DNA of 64,000 nt from Hormiphora californensis. Lineage: Eukaryota; Animalia; Ctenophora. Positions 48,901 through 64,000 of the stretch are shown one piece after another. The stretch is from assembly GCA_020137815.1 (NCBI GenBank), contig CM035358.1, positions 1,178,001-1,242,000 on the forward strand, read 5' to 3'. Every line of letters begins with the position of its first letter. Within the stretch, counting starts at the first letter, position 1. The notes beneath the pieces are model-generated. The model did no database searches. It worked only from the letters and a program-made list of their open reading frames with translations, and was not told where the DNA came from. The translations under genes and the position numbers were made by a program.

Positions 48901-51194
48901 GCAGGCTGGTAACATATCAAGTATCCCAACCTCTCCCTAATAATATTTTAATCCCCCCCCCCATTCCAGGCGCCCAAAAGCTCCTGGATGTGCTACAGAA
49001 CTACGAAAGGGAAGTCCAACTTGCTAAAGAGAGGGCTAGTGATGCAGTTAAACAGTTAGACCAGCTAGAGGAAGCAGTGAACAAAGCAGAACAAAAGGTA
49101 AGAGTAAGAGTGTCTGAGAGAGGTGCTAGTATTATATAAGAGAGGTATATTATTTACCTTATTACCTGCGAGAGAGGGGCTAGTATGAGAGGGGGTACAA
49201 TATCTATAGTAGAACCTTGGCGGGTTGTGTTAGTACGATGACAAAATGATATGTGACATGTGTGCTACTGCTTCATAATCATATCATATTATTGAGACTG
49301 GAAAAACAGACCATAGAAAAAGTTTGGTTTATTCATACTGAATCCAACAAAAGTGGAAACACAGCTACACATGAAAGGGATTAGAGAGCGGATGAGTTAG
49401 TGTGTTCGAAATGTCAAGGCTGAATGCTAATGGTTGTAGAAAAAATGCCAGACTATTATAATAGCTATAGCTGTATTGTGATATCAGAGACTGTGAGATG
49501 GTGTGAGATCCTACAAAAGTTTCAAGTGGAAACACACCTACACGTACACAGGCAGTATCGAAGGGATTCGAGAGAGCGGAGAAATTGGTGTGTTGGTAGG
49601 AAATGTCAATGCTAATGGTTGTCGAATGCCAGACAATACTATAGCTAGCTGAATTGTGATATCAGAGAAATTGAGATGGTGATAAAGTAGGAAACTGAGA
49701 ACGAAATATTATCGACTTTACCATGTGTTTGTTTGGTTTAATTGTAATTTATGTTTATCGCTCGATAAATCGGTTTCTAAAATCCCACCCTCTTTGCAGG
49801 TAGAGGAGGCAGCAGAAAACTTGGGAGATGGAGAAAAGGATGTGAAGGGATTAGTGAAGTCCATTACACGGGCTAAAGAGACTCTAGATCAATCCTTGAA
49901 GGAGGCAAAACAGGTTAGAACAATTTCACGGCCCTAGCGCCCCCTTGGGTAACAGTTTGAATAATACAAGAACTAAGAAAGATAGGGCATACGACAAGCA
50001 ATTTAAACGAACGGCGATCAATTATCAATACAAGCTTCTTTGTTATTGTTCACATCATTCAGTCTCATTTTTACACACGTACGTAATAACTGTGTAGTAT
50101 AACAGTTCATCACGTCACACTAAGTCTTGTGTACACCACGTATCCGCACTAAATATAATTCATGACCTGCAGGTTGCAGAGAAGGTGGGAGGATTAGTTG
50201 CCACCTCGGGGACTGCAGTTGATGACGCTACCTCACTCCGGGCTGAGGTAGCTGCTGCTCTGGCTGAGGTTCAGAGGTTGAGGCAAGAGGCACGGAATGG
50301 GACCGATCAGTTGAAGGATGTTTTAAAGGAGGCCGGAAACGCAAAGGCAGTGGCTGATAGCATCGGTAGGTGACATCCTCAAAACAGCTTGGTCTAGAAC
50401 TTATAAATGTTGAGCACCATATTTGGTCATTTAAAGACGCCATAGTTCATTTCTCTTTCAGCTAGCACTTTGGACACGGGAGACAGCAAGTTGAGGTCTA
50501 TTAAAGATCAGTTAGCAGATATGGAATCCGAGGGAAGTGAGCGCCTTCAGGACCTAATTGAAGCCCTTACCAGTGCTAAAAACACAATCGACGAGGTAAT
50601 ACACGCCGTAATAAGACAGTTTGTAGATCTTAGCTACCCTAGAACACGTTCCACGACCGAACTCCCGAGAAAAGTATTTCTCTACAAAATAGTATACATA
50701 CAAACCCTAAAAACTGGTTGTAGCGCCGCTTTAACAATTATATCCTAGGAGGGAATTGACGGAAAGATCGGGGAAATGACCCGAGTATCCCAAGTCCAGG
50801 CTGAAGACATTGAAAAATACAGAGTTGAGATTCAAGTAAGTCCTAATTACATGATAATTATATGATAATTACATGCAGTGTGTTAGGATTCACATAGTTT
50901 ATGAGTTATAAAGGTCACAACTCTTTCGTGCATATATACATGGGACGGCGCAATAATGCACGAAAGAGTTGTGACCTTTATCTCTTTTCGGGTTTCTTTG
51001 ACGCCAAAGTATTCAAAGCCCAGTATGACCTATGATATTGAGCCATAAACTTGGGGCCCCAAAAACCCTCGATGCATCTAACATAACTCTCCCCCCACCA
51101 GGCAATGAAAGATGAGATAGCTAGTTTAGAGGACATTGAACGACTACTACCAGATACCAGTGAGTGCTTTAATCCTGCTTCCAACTCACAGTAA
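19738..51194 (+). CDS. Laminin chain, gamma-like with both IV-B (LF) and IV-A (L4) domains, ~2074 aa, 46 exons
   Basis: Exons: 19738-19893, 23609-23711, 23976-24138, 24330-24449, 24619-24728, 25061-25250, 25830-25981, 26067-26177, 26250-26327, 26444-26611, 27556-27652, 27926-28050, 28193-28336, 30705-30855, 31156-31291, 31480-31562, 31841-31979, 32180-32336, 32491-32607, 32788-32947, 37078-37172, 38124-38326, 38475-38640, 39238-39314, 39413-39541, 39694-39839, 40661-40823, 40949-41102, 41290-41388, 41610-41744, 42250-42352, 42625-42832, 42991-43108, 43432-43538, 43647-43787, 43949-44050, 44159-44419, 44589-44720, 44931-45050, 45200-45356, 48970-49097, 49800-49913, 50173-50365, 50462-50595, 50749-50835, 51102-51194 (6225 nt, open). 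Signal peptide; LN motifs [35 protein letters not shown]; ~16 LE repeats; CPDCYSLV starting the coiled coil; gamma-like end [16 protein letters not shown]. Confidence 0.93.
20218..21303 (-). CDS. Intronless rhodopsin-like (class A) GPCR, 361 aa, nested antisense in laminin intron 1
   Basis: Seven hydrophobic segments; Cys at the top of TM3 (GVGCTLW) and in ECL2 (FVECKE); LAVLSITRT in place of DRY; FNTP in TM6; LNSMAN in TM7. Confidence 0.88.
   Translation of the reverse strand: MDAPTPDFFEMVRARYSTMAPPDDPLKINIGEALLTILALLTGIVGLPIATLQGYFLFRVAKERTLSYSIYRAIWLTDFLVILWNIPVATAYVKGRQVENTDFILTDGVGCTLWTIGWRSLVRTSVFNLAVLSITRTYSLVRPFSQPPRVRVVMATIVVYSVLVLVESTLPLWYGVTFQYYWEFVECKESVTNGTTLNNSYEVYQSAVLFIQLIVPMVVVSVSCGVTIATLWSNRVTSSLSSDRIRNQATTTILGLTGIYIFFNTPFVLYWAVSMVNTYALPPNSEILAPFFQVFDGPTDGWFMYYHLANYSFNLSVVLNSMANILLWSCMSRPMKLWLVSHGREARKRSIPPVSYMSTTV
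22060..23449. mobile_element. Second copy of the 1390-bp TTAA foldback element, in laminin intron 1
   Basis: Same termini, TTAA TSD, length and spacer as 16434-17823; only scattered substitutions. Confidence 0.92.
26587..26860 (+). repeat. ~45-bp tandem repeat (3 good and 2 degenerate copies) spanning the laminin exon 10 donor
   Basis: cattcactacaggagggatgtttga|gtaagtaggggagggg at 26587, 26632 and 26678, with decayed copies downstream. Confidence 0.9.
27058..27536 (-). CDS. Small secreted protein (~123 aa), H-type-lectin-like, nested antisense in laminin intron 10
   Basis: Exons 27536-27350 and 27242-27058 (GAA G|gtatgg ... tacag|GT), 372 nt. Signal peptide [13 protein letters not shown]; four Cys. 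The pattern F-x-x-x-P-V-V-x-x-S-L...V-x-W-x-A-x-G resembles H-type lectin domains (recognised by eye only). Confidence 0.7.
28335..30375 (+). repeat. G-rich minisatellite (GGTAATTAGGGGC variants) beginning at the exon 13 donor, split by a transposon
   Basis: Arrays at 28335-28450 and 29993-30375; the first unit is the CCAG|GTAATT donor. Confidence 0.9.
28453..29987. mobile_element. 1535-bp non-autonomous TIR element, TTAA TSD, GG...CC termini (second Kolobok-type family)
   Basis: ttaa|ggccagagggggggtccg ... cggacccccccccccctctggcc|ttaa. Internal inverted pair 28788-28897 / 29527-29636; many gaggttaac/gttaacctc motifs. Confidence 0.85.
31624..31731. mobile_element. 109-bp CAGG MITE copy (opposite orientation), laminin intron 16
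   Basis: caggaaccgaccgaaacaagtaaacaaccaatcag...ggtcggttcct; flanks ctctttag/ctcttgag resemble a decayed 8-bp TSD. Confidence 0.85.
33349..34665. mobile_element. 1317-bp foldback element with TA TSD, laminin intron 20
   Basis: ta|ctgtgtgtttttaaatgactgag ... ctcagtcatttaaaaacacacag|ta; ~490-bp near-perfect arms with a GA-microsatellite core. Confidence 0.9.
34924..35014 (+). pseudogene. Frameshifted duplicate of laminin exon 21 (pseudo-exon or assembly artefact)
   Basis: Same acceptor as 37078 but multiple indels (tattat-att-ctc, gagtgtatactgcc, gacaagacagtaa). Confidence 0.65.
35049..36271 (-). mobile_element. Truncated non-LTR retrotransposon ORF2 fragment (APE endonuclease C-half, linker, decayed RT start; CR1/L2-group-like)
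   Basis: [29 protein letters not shown] and SDHNLV endonuclease motifs; [10 protein letters not shown] linker; frameshifted SSPG(P)DG near 35230-35260. Confidence 0.9.
37426..37534. mobile_element. 109-bp CAGG MITE with perfect 8-bp TSD (hAT-type)
   Basis: ataataag|caggaaccgaccgaa ... ttcggtcggttcctg|ataataag. Confidence 0.92.
38619..38998 (+). repeat. 30-bp tandem repeat x~12.7 spanning the laminin exon 23 donor
   Basis: Unit tttagatatcttactaggggag|gtgagtgg; 12 GAG|GTGAGT donors; two units are 29 bp. Confidence 0.95.
39556..39656. repeat. 30-bp tandem repeat x~3.4 containing CACGTG, laminin intron 25
   Basis: Repeated tgggtatcacgtgacatg(a/c)aactccata unit. Confidence 0.85.
44706..44826 (+). 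repeat. 51-bp tandem repeat (3 starts) spanning the laminin exon 38 donor
   Basis: tcattatctgatcaa|gtgagt at 44706, with decayed versions at 44757 and 44808. Confidence 0.9.
45642..46607 (-). CDS. Secreted precursor-like protein (~283 aa after removing an in-frame 114-nt intron), nested antisense in laminin intron 40
   Basis: 321-codon ORF; predicted intron 46391-46504 (ACA G|gtaac ... ttccag|GT); hydrophobic signal peptide; basic sites GKK, RQNRR and KR; Cys-containing domains on both sides of a polar spacer. Confidence 0.75.
   Translation of the reverse strand: MLLLVSLLVSVVVGKKSAVDVEATFNIMTAYLCTGNIFYSRTPIYRNARVRLIYFLSLQGRLECIPYKTLFPGAVDWPLYNLDSPKLQLAILPAYDIFCERPSRTEVHLRNIVTVFSGMDQQNRDSLVKCITPALYRSLRAVLCCPAMRPFLQELLYREIPTLGEDRARAITELIQARAEGAWWCREGCPRQRLSHEFEDTSGNRQNRRSVELVTMETASHNEEQNTGEYVTGNYDVINQNSEPLIPTIPSHTTNPTNLVKRQYDIGTLAVQLRTFLCRYSSLRYPRIKEEGRQDQNIILVLAVIVLGDIGCCLYESLDLT
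47291..48226 (-). CDS. Secreted protein with a ~150-aa beta-rich extracellular domain, nested antisense in laminin intron 40 (3' end uncertain)
   Basis: Exons 48226-48166 ([21 protein letters not shown] signal peptide), 48031-47928 and 47680-47305, in phase. Motifs LQIKTTS, KTWTIAK, C-x3-W-GGDV, DSASVSY; several N-glycosylation sequons; acidic tail. Confidence 0.72.
49352..49682. repeat. Degenerate ~175-bp tandem duplication in laminin intron 41
   Basis: aagtggaaacaca...aatgctaatggttg...tgtgatatcagaga...gagatggtg occurs twice. Confidence 0.75.
50908..50981. repeat. Perfect 26-bp-stem hairpin in the last laminin intron
   Basis: ataaaggtcacaactctttcgtgcat / atgcacgaaagagttgtgacctttat with a 22-nt loop. 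Confidence 0.9.
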
Positions 51195-51816
51195 CGCATC
51201 CCTGGGTATAATACAAGGGGAGATTCTCATCTTAGCTCTTTTTGAGCCTGACAGAAAGGAACATTACTAAATACGCAGAATGGTTAGCTACCATTATTGA
51301 TGTACAAACACACAGAGTTAGATTTAAATTTTAGGTTTTCATTTTAGCTGGCCTATGTAGGTACTAATAATGCTACAAATTTATTCTTAGATTTATATTT
51401 TCTAAAATATTTTTTCTAATCATGCATATATAAGTAACCGTTTTTAGTAGATTTAAAATGTACATAAGACAGAGAGAGAAACTAAGAGATATATTTTCAT
51501 ACGCAGAGCAAGTAAATTATTATTACTATTTCACTTTATCTGCTGATTATATGGGAATTTATATACCCGTTTTATACATTCACATAAGTTTACACACACA
51601 CAACGCAAGACGACAGAGAGAAGTATTTTTTATGAAATGTTGATATATTGGGAGCGTTAACTTATAGGTCATATATCTGGTATATTAGTTGTTGAATGAT
51701 TGTCGATATACACATACACTTTTTAGTAAAACCCTTTAAATTGCCTGTTTTAAGATGCTCCACTCTGTTTTTAGGGGTCGCCCACTTTTAGCTTGAACCG
51801 GGAACCTCCAGTTTCC

Positions 51817-51896
51817 AACCAGAGCTCGTTATTTAGGTCACGTGACTGTTTATCAGCCAATCAGGGACCAGTGTTTCCTGATTCGGTCGGTTCCTG
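51817..51896. mobile_element. Truncated copy of the 109-bp CAGG MITE
   Basis: ctcgttatttaggtcacgtgactg...ccaatcagggacc...ggtcggttcctg. Confidence 0.85.
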
Positions 51897-52024
51897 CATT
51901 CAACACCCCTGGTAAAGTGGACGGCCCCTGGTAATAGGAAACAACACGTTCATCAGGTCATCAAAAAAATCGAAAGTTCTAACATTACAAAATCACAACT
52001 AAAATCATGCACATATTATCTTCA

Positions 52025-61332
<9,308 letters not shown>

Positions 61333-62029
61333 GGCAGCTAAAATCAGATTAAAAATAGGATTAGCATTGTATGACCGCATCCGCTTACAATTGTTTTACT
61401 TCCAAATGCGACCCGTAATCATCATCATCAATAAACATTTAATATACCGCTTTATAGCATATTGTAGGATTTTATTATGCCTATAAGTTGTACCTGAAAA
61501 CTTATACATAACACGAGACCGAAGGTCGAGTGTTATAAGTGCAACAATAATGATCCGAGACCACAGGTCGAGGCAGATTCTTGTACTTTAGTGCACGAGC
61601 CTGCGAGTGCCACTAAGTGTAACTACCTCACGAGCCTGCGAGTGATGTAGTTTTACTTTTTGACCGAGCCTGCGAGGTCTAAAAGTGTAAGAATCTGGGA
61701 CATTATTGTTGACGTCAGGTACAACGAAAATAGGCATGATAAAATTGCATTGTAAAATTTTGAAAACAAGAGTGAGAGACACTAAGAGGGCGTAACAATA
61801 GAACGAATTCATGATTTAAGGTAGCAGGCAGAGATATCAGTATAAGATAAGATAACGCCTGAGATATATAATAGGTAAAGAGAGTGAGAGATTAGTGACA
61901 GTGAGAGAGATAAAGAAGGTGTGGGACGTGGGTCCGGGAGTTCGTAACTGTTATCTTGATCTCGATGCTGCAACGGCGTGTGAGTGTGACATAAAGAAAG
62001 AGAGAGAGAGAGAGTTCGTACACGCTTAT

Positions 62030-62874
62030 AGTGAGAGAGAACAGCCCCGATTTTGATGAAACTTGGTCAGAATAGTGTTTGGTATCTAATTAGAAGTGAA
62101 AAAAAATTTTAGTGCTCAAATCCTAAATTTAGGATTTTTAGGTTTTTTAGGTTTTTCGGCTTTTATGGGTTTCAGGAACGTCCTAGAACAAAATGAATAA
62201 AACCATATTTCTCGGCGTGAAATTCTGCATCGATTATAGTGGTTGTAAACCTTTCTATGACGTAAGGTTCAGAAGTTATCGCGAAAAACCCCAAACGGGT
62301 ACATGTGTTAGGGGCGGGTTCATGTTTTAGGCTAACGGGCGAACCTCTTGTCAGAACACCATATTATAGGGTGTCAATCGACGCGTATTGATAAGGAGAT
62401 CATTTTAGTGAAAAATATTTTGATCTGCGATGTCTGTGTAACGAATGAAACCTAAAAAACCTTTTAGCCAAACGGGTATGCTTCATTCAGTAAGGTTTTT
62501 TTAGGTTTCATTCGTTACACAGACATCGCAGATCAAAATAGTATAAGATGGTGTTCTGACAAGAGGTTCGCCCGTTAGCCTAAAACATGAACCCGCCCCT
62601 AACACCCGTTTGGGGGTTTTCGCGATAACTTCTGAACCTTACGTCATAGAAAGGTTTACAACCACTATAATCGATGCAGAATTTCACGCCGAGAAAGATG
62701 GTTCTATTCATTTTGTTCTAGGGCGTTCCTGAAACCCATAAAAGCCGAAAAACCTAAAAAACCTAAAAATCCTAATTTTAGGATTTGAGCACTAAAAATT
62801 TTTTTCACTTATAATTAGACACCAAACACTATTCTGACCAAGTTTCATCAAAATCGGGGCTGTTCTCTCTCACT
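62030..62874. mobile_element. ~845-bp foldback element
   Basis: agtgagagagaacagccccgattttgatg ... catcaaaatcggggctgttctctctcact; ~400-bp arms, with a deletion in the right arm near 62540. Confidence 0.85.
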
Positions 62875-62933
62875 TTATCTTTCTAAGTGTGACAGAAACA
62901 GTGGAGTGAGGAGTTCTAAGTGCAGCGGTGTTA

Positions 62934-63057
62934 TAGCACTGCTTGTACAACTTATAACACTGCCCAGTGTTATAAGTGAAAACTTATAACACTGGGGGGT
63001 GTTATAAGTGAAAACTTATAACACTGCCCAGTGTTATAAGTTGTACAAGCAGTGCTA
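62934..63057. repeat. Palindromic cassette of three tandem hairpins
   Basis: tagcactgcttgtaca[acttataacactg(ccca)gtgttataagt]x3 tgtacaagcagtgcta. Confidence 0.85.
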
Positions 63058-63212
63058 CCTAAAGAATTATATTATATCTCAAAATTTTACAATGGTAAGA
63101 TAACACTTAAAAAAGAAAAAACTTAACGGATACCTTCCTGCTTTCAAAAGCGGTTTTACTCTACTTGATCAATAAATTAGAGTCCATGAGCTAGTAGTGT
63201 TTATACAAATGT

Positions 63213-64000
63213 TCAAGTGTCCCTTGGTGCTTCTAACACCCTCTTTCCACGGATTATGAAGTGGGTTCCAGGGGACTGCTTTACCTTCTCCTTCAGTTCA
63301 ACAACAAGCTTCTTCCGTTCTTTCCGTTCTTCTACTGTTCTATCAGGAGAGATAAAGACTTTGACAAACTTGTCGTTCCCTTTCAGCAGGGATTTCTTCG
63401 ACAGGATTGACATTTGAGCGTCTTTGCTCCTCAGCACAACTTTCACAGGTCTTGCCGATGAGGACTGCTTTCCCAAGCGCTCGGCAGATTGCACTTTCGG
63501 AGCCTCTTCAAGCTCACTAAAAAGAGACTTAATTTGAGTTTCAAGCTTCTCACCATTTACATTTTCTTTCAACTCTTCCAATCCATGGATGATGATATTA
63601 CACCCACGGTCGTCCGATGCTGCCACAATTGCCGATTGAATCTTCTTAGGAGCCAGGGCCGAAGCACACTCCTTCTCCAAAATGGATGCGAAGCTCTTCA
63701 TTTCTTCCTGTGCCGTTGACTGCACAGCTGTTATCTCAACCTCCCTCTTCTCAAGTAATTGCCTCTGGATTTTCAGGAGCTCCTCTTGTGCAGCCACTAG
63801 ATTTCTTTGGGTTTTTATGAGCTCTGTACTATGGATTTTGAGCTCTTTCTCCAGCTGGTTTATCCTCAAGGTTTCGCAACCCACTGCTAACAACTCTTCA
63901 GTAACTGGGAAGGTCTGTTCCATAAGAATACGGCATGCATCCTCCACAAGGTCTAAAAGCACTGGCTTGGTCAGTGCATTGAGTTTGGTCCTGGAGGGAA
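63213..64000 (-). mobile_element. LINE ORF1-like protein (coiled coil plus RRM/CTD), 5' part beyond the window edge
   Basis: Coiled coil followed by NIIIHGLEE, RLGK, RPVKVVL and VFISPDRTVEERKERKKLVVELK, typical of CR1/L2-group ORF1p. The frame is open to position 64000. Confidence 0.8.

Overview
This is animal genomic DNA with short GT-AG introns and many (GA)n microsatellites. A ctenophore (cydippid-like) origin is my inference from gene and repeat content and is not proven. Spliced models built by hand, with phases checked: (1) a 15-exon coiled-coil gene (106-9464, +); (2) an intronless LENG9-like CCCH+MJ1316 gene (-); (3) a 4-exon MFS transporter (+); (4) dynactin p25/DCTN5 (+); (5) a 46-exon, ~2074-aa laminin (19738-51194, +). 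The laminin is gamma-like but carries both a beta-type IV-B and a gamma-type IV-A domain. Its introns host four antisense genes: a GPCR, an H-type-lectin-like secreted protein, a prohormone-like precursor and a secreted beta-rich protein. (6) A 6-exon class A GPCR with D3.32/Y7.43 (-). Introns are full of non-autonomous foldback/MITE elements (TTAA, TA and 8-bp TSD families) and LINE fragments. Two window-wide patterns stand out. First, exon ends plus their 5' splice donors are repeatedly duplicated into the intron ('donor echoes', at least 10 introns in 3 genes). Second, nine genes have an acceptor-like AG within ~20 nt upstream of the ATG, suggesting spliced-leader trans-splicing.
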